A stretch of DNA of 64,000 nucleotides from Octopus bimaculoides (GCF_001194135.2 NC_068987.1:79476604-79540603), one strand, 5' to 3'. Shown: positions 39,793 to 53,995, counted from the stretch's first letter. Program-made: numbers and translations. The notes: generated from the letters alone by a model not told the origin.

Positions 39793-40013
39793 AACAATCC
39801 TTTCTCCTACAGGCACAAGGCCTGGAAGTTTGGGGAAGGGGACTAGTCGATTACATCGACACCAGTGCTTCACCAGTACTTGATTTATCGACCATTGAAA
39901 GGATGAAGGGCAAAGTCGACGACAGCGGTATTTGAACTCAGATCGTAGCGACAGGCGAAATTACGCTAAGCAATTCGCTCAGTGTGCTAACTATTCTGCC
40001 AGCTCGCCGCCTT
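39793..40013 (-). mobile_element. SINE family A, full length
   Basis: Reverse complement starts aaggcggcgagctggcagaatagttagcac and ends gtaggagaaaggatt. Confidence 0.85.
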
Positions 40014-41049
40014 ATACATCTAGTCACAATTATTACGTAATATTCGGTTTCACACATTTGATCCATATCAGATTTTTTTTTTTCATCGTTCTGTTTACAA
40101 TATTTTGAAAATCATCATTCAACTATTTCATTCCACTGGTGTTTCTGTATATATTTATAATTCCCCTGGAGATTTCCGCATTAATTGTGTTCGTCCTGAG
40201 GTGTCTCTTTGACTGCTTATTATGTTATAATTCCTATTCATACGTGAAAATGGTGGAACCCGATTCTGCTTGACATTACGTCTTAAGGAAGAATGGCTCG
40301 GACTCTTGTTTAAGTTGTTTGTTAAAAACAATAATGTAATCTCTTAAATGTAATGGTTGTAAGAAAGTATTCATGTTACAAACGAAACTTTCTTTGAGAA
40401 ACGCACCCATTATTCATAGAAAAGAAAACGAGATCCTAGTACCAGACAGAAATCGCTAAGTGAACATTTAGACTTATTATCAGCAAGGAAATCACTAGTA
40501 TTCGCAAGGTTCTAACTTTATTATTATTATTATTTATTTTTTTTTTTTTTTAGAATACCATAGATCAAATATGGATGAATAAAGGAGATATGTTCATTAA
40601 AATATAGCAACAACGAATAAATAAAATACAGCAGAAGAATTACGTTATTGTACTTCACATTGTCGCACAAAAACTGACTACAATAATCACTAACAGATAA
40701 TCTATTTCTATACTTTTAGCTATGTGGAAAACCTGCTTTTCATACACAAGGCATTCACTGGATTAATATAATCTTGACTTTTGGTGCAACATCAGTCACT
40801 CTCTTATGTCACCATTTACACGGACATAACGCGCAATTGTTATCCATGCTTTCAAGTGAGATCTTCACTGGCATAATTTTCTGACACTATGATTCTTACT
40901 GTCACATGAACCTAAGCTCTCGTGATCCATTCTTTCTCTCAAATTGTGCATCAACTGATGGTAGTTTGAGCCACAATAAAAATAAAACCAAAATCTAATG
41001 GAAATGGACGCAAGTACGGTCATTCCATCTTCCAGTACTTTTGAAAAAT

Positions 41050-41252
41050 AACCCTTTCTACAAGGCCTTTTGTGGGGAGGGGGCTAGTCGATTACATTGA
41101 TTCCAGTACACGATTGGTACTTATTTTTATCGACCCCGATATGATGATTGGCAAAGTGGAGCTCGGTGGAATTTGAACTCAAACCATAAATCAATAATAA
41201 ATGTTAAGCAGTAAGCATCTTGTCCGCTGTGGTAACGATTCTGTCAGCTCCA
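41050..41252 (-). mobile_element. SINE family A
   Basis: gagctgacagaatcgttacc head, gagttcaaattccaccgag, ggggtcgataaaa. Confidence 0.8.
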
Positions 41253-41345
41253 TGGATTAATATTTTTGAAAAATAACGGAATTGGTAAATATAGAAATAG
41301 ATCGTTCGAATGACATCAAGTGCAGTTTCAACTTTCATCTCTTTA

Positions 41346-41459
<114 letters not shown>

Positions 41460-41636
41460 AAACACGTTTATACATGATGTTTCACTAAATACAAGCGTGG
41501 ACTGCTTTATGACGATTGAAATAAATTAATAATTAATACCTAATAACCAAAGTCTTCACAGTATCTTATAAATGCTCTTTCCTTTTCATGTAAATATAAC
41601 GTAGATCAATCTATCTATCTGTCTTTCTGTCTATCG

Positions 41637-41674
<38 letters not shown>

Positions 41675-41690
41675 ATCTATATAAAGCTGT

Positions 41691-41851
41691 ATTTACTTAC
41701 TTATTTCCCATCTTCAGTGCAGCATTTCAAAAAGTGTGTTGGTTAAATATCAGTTATGCGTTGACGCTTGATCGCGTACATATTTAATCCTTACACTCTC
41801 AAATCTATTTTTTGAAATGCTGTACTGAAGATGGGAAATAAGTACGTAAAT
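41691..41851. mobile_element. MITE-like fold-back with 43-bp arms
   Basis: atttacttacttatttcccatcttcagtgcagcatttcaaaaa versus its reverse complement at 41809-41851 (41/43 identical). TA at 41694-95 and 41847-48 may be the target duplication. Confidence 0.85.
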
Positions 41852-42224
41852 GTAACTTTACTTTAATCACGAAACGCATATGTAGCTAATCTGAGTCGTC
41901 TGGATTCGCCATTTTTTTCTTTTTGCCTAAGTAAAAAACTGTGTAACTGTCTGGGAGATATTTATGGTAGCGGAAAAAGTATTTTAACTCCTATTACTAA
42001 ATTCGGTGCGTGGTGAAGCAATTAGCTGACCCCTGATTATAATTATGTCTATAATTATAGAAAACTACATTTCTAAATCTCTCGGAGAGATGTATGCACT
42101 AGTGATACGATGAAGTAGCTGTATGCTGTCAACTTAATGTGAGAGTCCCCTGAAGGGAATAATACTACTGTTGGTTACACCTAGGAAGCTGCACCGCTTC
42201 CTGTCGGCCTTGACACATTTCCTG

Positions 42225-42560
42225 TGTCCTTATGTTTACAAGGGGGAGACAATGGATGGTGGATGCAGGGTTATCACATCCAGTTCCCTGACCAGAGCTT
42301 TCAGCAGTTTGAGCATCGAGGGAGAGAGAAGGAGGATGACCATCTGCAGTATCACCGATGCGGTAGAGCGGGCCTCATTATGGTTGTGGATCAAAACAGG
42401 AGAGCCATCGGGTAGCTAGCTGGCCATCTGGACACAAGGTGGGGTCTGATCAGCCCCAGCTAGGTCACCTGGAGGAGGGTGTATGATATTGAAAGACCCG
42501 AAAAACCCGATGATACGAGGCACATCACTGAAGACATGTCTAGATGCAGCAGTCATTGAT
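42225..42560 (+). mobile_element. 3' end of a HERO-like REL non-LTR retrotransposon
   Basis: GC-rich island translating GCRVITSSSLTRAFSSLSIEGERRRMTICSITDAVERASLWLWIKTGEP. I recall this GCRG...ERAS.WLW terminus and the following UTR (cagccccagctaggtcacctgg...gaaagacccgaaa) from HERO elements; not verified. Confidence 0.6.
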
Positions 42561-42574
42561 GTACGTACACAACA

Positions 42575-42627
<53 letters not shown>

Positions 42628-43194
42628 TGTGTGTGTGAGTGTGTGTAAATGAGGTGACACGCGCACAGATACATATAAAACATGTATGTATATTTATGCT
42701 TGTATATATGTGTATCTTTACTTATTTCTGAGTGTGTATGTTGGTGTTCGCGTGTGTTTGAGCATGTACATGTGTTTGTAAGCGTTCGTGTTAATCTTTA
42801 GAATGTTTGATATAGTATTTTTCTTTTCCTTTTGTTCCTGCTACTTCATTTACGTTCAGTAACGGACAATGTTTCAGATGTAATGTGAACTGGAAAATGG
42901 TGAAACATTTATGTCAACCAAGTACTAAATCCCACTCCGTTCTGCTATTAACTTATGTTTACAGGATATGCTTTCACATACATATAGACGCTCACTAGCA
43001 AACGCACACACACACACACACATAGACACGCACGTACATTAACACGCATGTGTATATGTAGGAGTATTTATATAGATGTGAATATATATAGATGTATATA
43101 AACACGAATATACATGTCTATTCATATATGTGTGTATGTGCCTATGTATATTCGTATATACTATCTATATGCATTTACACATACTCCCCCCCCC

Positions 43195-43234
<40 letters not shown>

Positions 43235-44845
43235 CACACAGAGACACACATACATATTTACATACAAGCACGCACCTATAAATATGTATATATGTATATA
43301 AGGTGACACGCGCACACATACATACACACTTATACATATATGCATACATATGCGTATGTATGTATGTATGTATGTATGTGTGAATTAATGGATAGATGGC
43401 TGAATATATATGGCGTGAATGTAATGTGTGCTTACTCGTAACAAATGTAATGAAGATGTCTGTATGTTTCAATGTGTGTATTAATGTACGTATTTTTGGT
43501 GAAAGTCGAATCGTTTCTAGCGTGTGATTTCATTTGCAAGACGCTATAATTACTTGTGATGCAGACTTCCGGTTAACGTATTTACCATAAAGCTATTCTT
43601 ATAGCTGTTGCTGTCTGGATCCACTTTAGTTTTCTACTGCGTAATTACACTTCACTCGTTGTATGCTCCCTGCCAAAGCTACGGAACCAGCAACGCTATG
43701 TCGTTTCCCAGTTTAGTTATTTCATTTCATTTACTACACTAACAGGAGATTTCCGGCTGCAATAAATATCCCAGAATGGAATGTTGTTATGCTTAAGCTT
43801 GACTTTAACGCACTCTATAAAAGTCAGGAAGCTTTCTAAATACGGGTAGAATTTTTATGGTTTGGAGTTAACAGTTGTGTTTTGTATTTTCTTCTAATTC
43901 CATACCCATCACTTCAAAGCATTACGGAATATTAAAATAGCTTGAACTCGCGGCCAATTTTATCGGATCCCACTTTCTACCGGAATGACCAATGTCAAAA
44001 TAAACCTTGGCGGGAGTTGAAATTAAAGATTTTTATGGACCGTAAAAAGTAGAGATGTTTCAGGGACTTCATATTCATTCGTCTACTCAGTTACACACAT
44101 AGGATCGCCTAATGTTTATAGTAAAAGATACTTAGAGACGATGCCAATCAGTGGGATCCAAATTGCAAGCCCTCTTTTGCGAATCAAATGTTTTATCGCT
44201 GTCATGTGTACTTCTGCACACATTGAATGATGCAGTCCGAAGTACTCTATAAAAACATAAAAATTTAATAGTCTTTACGCATTCTACCTTGAATAGACAC
44301 GATAGAATGAGTTTGATTATAGGTCGATGAAATTGGAAGCTCACAACGACAGCATTTTTGTAGTTATTAGAAAAAATCTTTATGTTATTTGCCTCTGGAT
44401 TTAGTAGGTTACACCCATCGATCACCAATAAGATAAATTGTTGTATGTCATCAGTGACGTGGTTTCAATACCAGACTAGAACACATTACACCTCTGTTGA
44501 TAATTGTTGTTGTAAAAGCATATTTATGGCAACTTCCGACTTGCCCTTTCTGAAAGATTTTGTTGTACTTTGGGAAGGTCATTCTGGTGATAATCGACAC
44601 ACCGTCAAGTTCTGTTTCACTCGTTTTATTGCTAACATTCGTCAGTTAGTTTACATTTAACCTATTAATTAACCGATTACTTGATTAATCGTTCGGTTAG
44701 GTACACAGAGCCGAACCAGACCTAGATTAGAGAGTGCATCTCATTGATGGGGTTGAGAATAGCAATGAAAAGACTTTGACAAATCCAGCCGATTGATTGA
44801 TTAACCAACCCATTAATCAAAGAATCAAGTAGGTAATTTTTTTCT

Positions 44846-44846
<1 letters not shown>

Positions 44847-44904
<58 letters not shown>

Positions 44905-44928
44905 ATAATAATAATAATAATAATAATA
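44847..44928 (+). repeat. (ACT)n(AAT)n compound microsatellite
   Basis: Read directly from the sequence. Confidence 0.95.
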
Positions 44929-45898
44929 GAGGTGACATGAGCCAGTACGTCTGTTTATTATCGGCACAATAATGCTCCCGAGATGCAACAAAACCTATTT
45001 TTGCATGAAATATTTCGGTCAGCATTTTTGACCATAAGTTTTCAGTATTTCGATCAGTTAAGCAGCCTGCTTATTGTATTAGTACATAGGCTGCAAAGAT
45101 TTGCAGAAACAGTCGTACCTATAATATATTACTCAAGTAAAATCAGTGTGACAGTATATAACAAAACCACTGACACAATGGTACAATACGAAAAAGGAAG
45201 AAATGCATCTGCCGTTCTGCTGGCCGCTGCTGGGAAGCTTTTCGTTTTCCTCCGATATTTATGTCTTTAAAACAGCACTTGTACAATATATGTTATCTCA
45301 GGAAAAATACTGCAGTAAATGGGCTATCGAAGGTATATATACATTAAGTATTTTACATAGACGATTGTTCCAATTAAATACTACTTCAATTGCATATACC
45401 AGATTTTTATTCAGTTGGACACCTATTCGCAACATCAGCGAATGTTTTATTTGTTTCCTTTATTAGAGACGACAAATTTCCATCAAGCATGTGGTTGACT
45501 GTGAAAACACTTTATTTAAAAAAACCCAAAAGACGACAATGCACCTAACGTTTCGGTCGGCCGCTGCTTGGCGCGATTTTCCATCCATCTCCGATATTTA
45601 TTGTACTTAATGCACCACGTCCATAAGAGGTGTTATCCTTGGACTAATACCTGTATTCAGCCTATCAACGGTGTATACATTAAGGTTGATACTCAGATGG
45701 CTACTTATGTACTGTTTCCGCGCACCCATGTACAGCTCACAAGGCTTGGGGTGAGTAGGTGTTATAGTAAGAGATTTTTGTCCAAGATAACACTTGACCA
45801 CGTGATTGTTTAGCATACATGTATAACGCGCCTGTCCCTGGTTGTATAAATTTTTCAGGGACATCATCTGCATGTAAAATAATAATTTTCATGCTAAC

Positions 45899-46282
45899 AG
45901 TGGCACTCCGTCCGTTACGACGGCGAGGGTTCCAATTGATCCGATCAACAGAATAGCCTGCTCGTGAAATTAACGTGTAAGTGGCTGAGCACTTCACAGA
46001 CACGTGTAGCCTTAACGTAGTTCTCGGGGAGATTGAGCGTGACACAGAGTGTGAAAAGGCTGACCCCTTTGAAATACAGATACAACAGAAACAGGAAGAA
46101 AGAAGGAGAGAAAGTTGCGGTGAAAGCGTACAGTATGGTTCGCCACAAACCACTACCGGAGCCTCGTGGAGCTTTAGGTGTTTTCGCTCTATAAGCACTC
46201 ACAATGCCCGGTCTGGTAATCGAAACCACGATCCTACGACTGCGAGTCCGCTGCGCTAACCACTGGGCCATTGCGTCTCCAC
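45899..46282 (-). mobile_element. SINE family C, full length
   Basis: ggagacgcaatggcccagtggttagcgcagcggactcgcagtcgtaggatcgtggtttcgattacc is a tRNA-like head with A and B boxes. Confidence 0.9.
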
Positions 46283-46558
46283 TTCCATGCTAATATATTG
46301 AATACATAGGCATGGTATTAAAAGTGTTTGCACTAACTTCACTATTGGTGTCCGTGAATAGTTTACATTTGCGAAGGTAAGAGACTGAGACAAACTATGA
46401 GTGTCAATTTTCATGTCTGCTGCTGCTGCTAACAGTGTTATAACCGAAATCTTTAATCTCGAGGCTGATAGCTTATCACAACGTTTTTCTGACTCGCTTT
46501 TGACACACCGAGTGAAGGCGCACATCTTCCAATTGTGCTTCACATCCTACTGAAAATA

Positions 46559-46575
46559 CTACTACCACAACAACA

Positions 46576-46645
<70 letters not shown>

Positions 46646-46668
46646 ATAATAATAATAATAATAATAAT
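46559..46668 (+). repeat. (ACT)n(AAT)n compound microsatellite
   Basis: Read directly from the sequence. Confidence 0.95.
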
Positions 46669-48642
46669 ACCTCCATCCATATCTCTCATTTAATGTTGTG
46701 AAAGTGCTTTGAATGTTCGGCAAACGATTTCTAGGTCGTGGAATCAATTCCCAGACAGAGCCCTTCATTTCACGTTGCTTCAGTCCACTCGCGCTGAAAA
46801 CTGATACCAGCGACACCTAGTATTACTTGCATTGTCACCAGTACTTCATTCAAAAGTATAGTTGACTTCAGCATGATATAAAGGCGGCGCGTAACTAGAC
46901 ATATGTATATGTCCAAGGACTTCCATTGGCCAGAACTGACCATCCGCATCTGCATGCATATGTCTGGACACATTTTTTTTCTCGTAAAAAAACTAATAGT
47001 TGTCCATACTTGAGAATTTCACCTTTCCGCGATACTAATGTTATTCGAAGAAAAGGCTGCTACTCTTGGACCGACGCAGCTCGGCGCCAGTATCATTGTA
47101 TAAATAATACTGCCCCCGACACTCTACCGATTATGCCAAGAGATATTAGCGCCAGTATATTGTCGTCAACTATGTTTACAATGAGCATTACCATTTAGTC
47201 TGCATTTGAATAGACTGCATAACAAAAGTCACAGATCAGTCAGGAAGTATCGCTCTATTGAGATAAACAAAAGAATTTTAAAATAACTGTTTCGCAATAC
47301 ATACCAGGAAACACCTGCACAAGTAATGAGATTGCATCTCATGAGACTAGTTTGTTTTGTCACATGTGGAAAAAAAAACAAATAAACTAAAACACTATTC
47401 AAATAGGAACGAGATACGACACCCTCACTAAGATAATATGTAAATATGAAAAATTATTTGCAATAATATGATTGGTATTAATTTAACCCGCATCTGTGGA
47501 GAACAACTGTGAACTTTAGCAATGATTATTCATGATTACTTTGTATGATTCTCCAGCTCTCAGTTTCAAGAAATTAAACAGAAATTATCTTAGGCTAACT
47601 AACTACTATAGAGAGTAGTTATAATTAAGGCAACTTTGGATCAACAGCAAAAATACTTTCAAATGAGATTACTTGGAAATAACACATAGTAAATCCAATA
47701 ACAGATGGCATTAAAGATTGCAGATGGTATAACAAATTTTGCATCGTTTGAAAGAGGAGAAAATCTATAAAAGAATAAAAGATTAAAGAGAAAGCATGTT
47801 TTGTTTCTCCTGTGTGTTTCTCTCTTTCTTAGAATAAAATATTGCCCCAAAAGATATATGTGTGTAAAAAAACATTATGAGAATGTGTTCTCCCAATAGT
47901 AAGATAGTGTGGAGAGATATTTTAGTCGTATAAATTCTCGCTTTATTACTGGAAAGATTGTTGCATGAGATAATATCACGAAGTCTTTGACTTTGCCGTT
48001 CTTGGCAAGTTGCAATTGTGCTTCGAAGAAATCTTAGAATTATCATAGCGACTAAAAATAATCTACATGAAATAATATTTTTGCTTTTAATTAATTTATT
48101 TTTCTATTTTCCTGTTTTAAACTTTTTTTGTTTTCATTCGCCTTTCTATAAATTGCGATATTCTTGTAAAAAATTAAAATTTTCTGACACTGTTTAGAAA
48201 GAGCATTTAAAATGTATAGAATTCAATTCTGAAATGACTAATTATTTATCAATTAAACTTCGAATGAAAATGTTTCGTTATTTAGTTATTAAAATACAGC
48301 TAAAATTAGTTAAACCGTCGTTTTGCCTTCACTTCCCTTCGCTGTAACTTTCAATAACAAAGAAAAACTAAACAAACGAGAAAGCAACGAAGAAAAACAA
48401 AAGAAAACCGTCAAAAACAAAAGCACATTTTTAAAAATCGATAATAGTAAGATTCTGACGTCGATTGTTATCGCCAGCAAAAGAATGCAAAACAAATACT
48501 GACTTTTAATTTTAGATTAGTTGGTGATTTTATGAAAAACACAAAAATAATGAGAACAATACAAAGATGTTTGGAGAGGAAAGCAAGGGTTGTTTGAAAA
48601 CTAGCTAGGAGTAACAGAGTTACAGAGCAAGGAATAGTGGAG

Positions 48643-48697
<55 letters not shown>

Positions 48698-51600
48698 CAT
48701 ACTTAACATGCATGCATACATGCATATGTATATGTGTGTAGGTATATATGTATCTATCTATCTATCTATCTATCTATATCTATATCTATCTATCTATCTA
48801 TCTATANNNNNNNNNNNNNNNNNNNNNNNNNNNNNNNNNNNNNNNNNNNNNNNNNNNNNNNNNNNNNNNNNNNNNNNNNNNNNNNNNNNNNNNNNNNNNN
48901 NNNNNNNNNNNNNNNNNNNNNNNNNNNNNNNNNNNNNNNNNNNNNNNNNNNNNNNNNNNNNNNNNNNNNNNNNNNNNNNNNNNNNNNNNNNNTATATATA
49001 CCGGCGGCATTTTCTATATGAAAGAATACAGCGCATGCAATTCATGTTTGAGATACGTAGAGGAATGCAAATAACAAATCCGATTTTAATATAGATTTTT
49101 CACTGTTCTGACAAAACTCTGGAAAGAGGAGATACGAGGGCTATATGCACCCGACATTAATTGCATGGGTTTGATTATTACTGCTGCATGCTGTATGCTC
49201 TATTTTTAAGTACGAGAAATCGCCTCCATTTTATATATGTATATAAATATCAGCTGACGTATCTGCTTTTGTGTGTGCATTTGTGTATAGAGAGACAAAG
49301 AATCAGACAGACAAACACATACAGAGAGATTTCATATTATATACAAAGTTTGTATAAGATATTTACAAGTAATAGGACATTCATGCTCTTTTCTTAAACT
49401 GTTTGTAAAGTAATTACATAACATGTTGGTCAAAAATGAGGTATTCTTGCTTTTTATAATTTTTTTCCATACATTACCTTTATAAGAACGGGATTCTTGT
49501 AGTCTATTGCAGTTTTCAAGGCATTAGAAATTTGAGACATCTTATCATATTGATAAGACAACTCTGTGCTACGTAGACATCTTGACGAATTACTACAAGC
49601 TAATGCACAACGCATCACTTCGTCTTACTTGTTTCCCACTAAGGAAGTATATTTGTGTTCTAGACGCTACTAATTTATATAGACGTATATAAAGTTTCGG
49701 ATTTATGCAGTAAAACTTATTCTCACGACATGCTGTGCGTACAGTGTATCTAGGACTACAATATCCCATGTATTGCATGTTTTAAACTATGGCAAGGTAT
49801 GTTTTCTTAAATTTGGCTTCTTTCTCCACTTGATCGAAGAGATGCAAAGAGTGTGCTGTATTTTTCACGGCATTATGCGTTACAACGTAAATACGATAGA
49901 AAGTCTTTCGCTTTATTGATAATCCAACATTCTGTGTCTTGATTATTAATCACCGATTTATTTGCATGGAATTACTAAAATAATCATGGTGTTTAAACTT
50001 TTGTTAAAATATCAGCTTAATTTCTGCCTTCATGTTGTCATTATTATTATCATCTTTAATTCGTCATTGTTTTGTCATCTATTATTGTCATTTACAATTT
50101 AATTAGCTAGGTGAAACAACACAAATAGGAGGCGGGGAATGAAACAGATAGCTGGACATCGTAGGAGGTTACAACAGGAAAATAAAAATTCAAGAGATGT
50201 TAGATAAAAGTTAAGAAATTGCATTAGATGTGCGCAGCGGATGGTTGGATGGAAAAAGTTAAAAGAAAAAGAAGTAGAATGGCGTCTGAGGTGAACGCTT
50301 TATCAAAGAAGAGTAATAAGGAAAAAAAAGAAACAAGATAAGTAACGATACCTGTGTAGAGTACCCGTGTATTTTTCGATTCTGCTTAATTACACATTCA
50401 GAAATGAGCCTACATCAACTGTGATTCCTTGTGGAAGTTGATCATATCCTTTACTTTAATTCAAACAATAGAAAACTAAGCTTCTGTACAGGGGAATGAA
50501 ATAATTCACGCTTAGAAATATATAAATGAAAATTATTATAAATGTTTTCGATCTAGTGTGGATTCTTTGCTATCAAATTTGATGGCAAAGAATGCAAACT
50601 AGATCGAAAACGTCAATAGATGCTTTAAAATATCACAGCTTTTCACATATTAAGCCTACTCCGTCAACCAACATCTCAATCAAATTAATTTTGGGTGGGG
50701 GAAACAATTTGCATATTTAGTTAGTGACATATATTATACGCTCATACGCAAGAGCTGCACTATAGCTGCTTTCGATTCAGTAATGCTGTCTTGAACATTT
50801 CCACTGTTCACTCTATCCCTCATTTATATTGCTAGTATCTCATCTAAACACCTAAAACATAAATTTATAGTTTGCATGACTGAAAGGTCTCATATTCTGG
50901 TTTTGAATGGCTTTACGTTTCCAATACGCATTTTGTTTTTATAAGTAAATTACTTAAGTTTACCTCACTGTTCACTAGTTTTGCTCAGTAGAAGCAACGA
51001 TCGCATAATACGTATTGTACTTTTAATGCCTTATCCATTACTTCAGCGTATATATTGTTTAATTAAAATCTATACTTTCAGCAACACATAATCGGATTGA
51101 CTCTTAAATCTGTCAAACAGTTCATGGCATTTGAGCAAATCTAACTGGATCATCTATCATTGCCAACAATGATTATAGTTCCTACCGCTTGTGAAGGAAA
51201 ATTTCACAACTTCTTTCTTCAATGATTGCAGATCAGATACCTGTACAAATTCAATGATTTGGCAGCTTTGGAAATAACGTCAGCCATGCTTGCATCCCTC
51301 TGAAGTTGGAGCAATGGAATTTTTAAAAATATAAATAGTTTCGAATGTATCCCCTTTGAGCCAAACCCGTATGTTGAAATTGAAGGGACAAGCAATTTTA
51401 GAAGTCTTTCTTGCAAAGGTATCCCGAAATGTATCGATGTTAACTATTTCATTCGTATCTAAAAGTATCGAAATTTATGTTGAAACGACGTCAACATTTT
51501 TCAAAATATATTATTCCAAAATGCTAACACAAATGCAATATAAACATTGACTAATGTATGAAGAAAACATACAGTTTCCGAGTACTTCCTAAAATAAACC

Positions 51601-52827
51601 AAGGACAATTCAAAGAAAGTGACGGTGAGAGAATGTTAAATGGCAAGCTCAGTTTCCATTCAACCTCATTCCAATTATTTCCCCCATATCCAACTTAGGT
51701 GCTTGCACAAGTACGCACACGCGCGTCCCCACTCCCCCACACATGCATACGCATGAATTCAACTTCCTTTCAAATTCTAAATATTGGTAAATAAACCCTT
51801 GTAAAAGCGATCTAGACAAAATAAGTAAGCATATCCAATATAAGTAAGCATATCCAACGACATCAACTCTGATACAGGAAGAGCAAAATTGTTGAGCTAA
51901 CATGATTACAGTATTACTGCAATCAATTTGTTTTATGGTATTAGGAATAAAGAATCTTGCAATTCACTCAGTTTTATAGTGTTGATTTCTATCCCTTCAG
52001 TATCAGACTCCATCTTCCTGAAATTCTAAATTTTGGTAGAAAATCCACCAGAATTATCGACCGGAATATCACTCAAGTTTCAAAACTGACGATAGTCAAT
52101 CCAGTTTAACATTGACTCTTACTCTGTACAAAGGAATCGAGCCAATGTTCAACATATCGATCGGAAACTACGGCGAGGCCGAATGTGTTGATCTTATTGG
52201 CTTATTTTTCTTGGATACCCAAAAATACATACAAGTCTCTAAATTTCATCCCTGTACAAAAATTATGATACGTAGCTATGGAGAGAAGCAAGTACTGCTA
52301 TTGAGGTAGTATATTGAAACGTTTATACTGCTAGGCGCTACAAACAAATTGTATTTATCCATTGATATCAACAGAAGAAATTCCTGTCTATGTGTTAATA
52401 GAAGAATCTCTGTTTATGTTGTTTTTCATTTTGTCTACGTTTTTTGTGACGTCCTGTACCTAGATATGCATCTATATATGCATGTAGATGTAGGTATGTA
52501 CATACATGTACGTATATATGCATAAACTCACATATTATTTGTATTATTATTTTATATATATATANNNNNNNNNNNNNNNNNNNNNNNNNNNNNNNNNNNN
52601 NNNNNNNNNNNNNNNNNNNNNNNNNNNNNNNNNNNNNNNNNNNNNNNNNNNNNNNNNNNNNNNNNNNNNNNNNNNNNNNNNNNNNNNNNNNNNNNNNNNN
52701 NNNNNNNNNNNNNNNNNNNNNNNNNNNNNNNNNNNNNNNNNNNNNNNNNNNNNNNNNNNNNNNNNNNNNNNNNNNNNNNNNNNNNNNNNNNNNNNNNNNN
52801 NNNNNNNNNNNNNNNNNNNNNNNNNNN

Positions 52828-52865
<38 letters not shown>

Positions 52866-52870
<5 letters not shown>

Positions 52871-53080
52871 TTGTGCGTCTGTGTTTGTCCCACAAACATC
52901 GCTTGACAACCGATGCTGGTGTGTTTACGTCCCCGTAACTTAGCGGTTCGGCAAAAGAGACCGATATAATAAGTACTAGGCTTACAAAGAATAAGTCCTG
53001 GGGTCGATTTGCTCGACTAAAGGCGGTGCTCCAGCATGGCCGCAGTCAGATGACTGAAACAAGTAAATGAGTAAAGAATA
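52866..53080 (+). mobile_element. SINE family B, 3' half, little diverged
   Basis: Near-identical to the reverse complement of 27931-28130. Confidence 0.9.
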
Positions 53081-53574
53081 TATATATATGCATATACATA
53101 TTTGAACCTGGGACCATATGGTGGGAAATCAAACTCCTTACCACATAGCCACGGCTGCACCTATACATATCAAATGAAATACTGGCTCTTATGGAACCTA
53201 GTAAAATGATTACAATAACAGTTATTACTAATAAGTGAACGTTCTTTATCCATTCATCATAATATTATCAGTCGCACTGACATCTTCTACAACAAGTGCT
53301 GCAGCAGTATAAATGACATTAATCTGTTTTTAAGTCGTAGCATGTTTCCCCTCACTATTGATTAAAAACTAATGATAAGATTATCAATATACTCATTAAG
53401 CCGCTTATATGTTAGGTTCTAGACACATAGGTTCTTTGACCCCTCTCGCTCAGCACCTTTGAAGTGACACTAATGACAAAGAATTATTCTTAAGAATACT
53501 ATTAAATGAACAAATGATCGGCAGACAAATGAAGGTTTATCGCTGGGTAGTAAATTAAAGTTCCGAGACATATA

Positions 53575-53797
53575 TACTCATAGGGCCAGTTTCTCGGCTT
53601 CTGTGGCGTATATATATTCACCACCCCGACGGAACGCTGGTCTGTTGCAGGATTAACCAGTTTTGCCAGCTGAGTGGACTGGATCGACGTAAAAAGAAGC
53701 GTTTTGCTCATGAATACATGTTGCCCGATCCAGGAATCGAAACTACAATCTTACGATCGGGAGACCAACACTCTAACCCTAAACCACGCGGCTCCAC
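53575..53797 (-). mobile_element. SINE family D head and core with another tail variant
   Basis: Minus strand gtttcgattcctgg B box, then ccagtccactcagctggcaaaa core, then a tail unlike the 8065 copy. Confidence 0.65.
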
Positions 53798-53866
53798 TTA
53801 TCATTGAGTAATGTTAGTATATTTGCAGAACTGGTGCATCGACGAATGGAATATTTCACAAGATAT

Positions 53867-53995
53867 ATATAAGGATTTACTTTTCGTAATGAGATAAAAA
53901 ACCAAGGCTGTGTATAATATAGAACATTTTATAAATGTTGTATATTATACACAGCCTTGGTCTTTTATCTCATTACGAAAAGTAAATCCTTATAT
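53867..53995. repeat. Near-perfect 129-bp palindrome (63-bp arms, 2 mismatches, 3-nt loop)
   Basis: atataaggatttacttttcgtaatgagataaaaaaccaaggctgtgtataatatagaacattt, then tat, then the reverse complement. Confidence 0.92.

Noticed and set aside
45545-45600. Penelope-like acgtttcgg...ccatctccg word
   Set aside because: The catalytic core is too degenerate and helix I is absent.
45899-46282. tRNA-like sequences in SINE heads, considered as tRNA genes
   Set aside because: They lack a complete cloverleaf and acceptor stem and continue into SINE bodies.
52090-52310. 65-aa ORF and aaatttcatcc word, suggestive of a DNA transposon end
   Set aside because: No matching inverted terminus or second copy found in the window.
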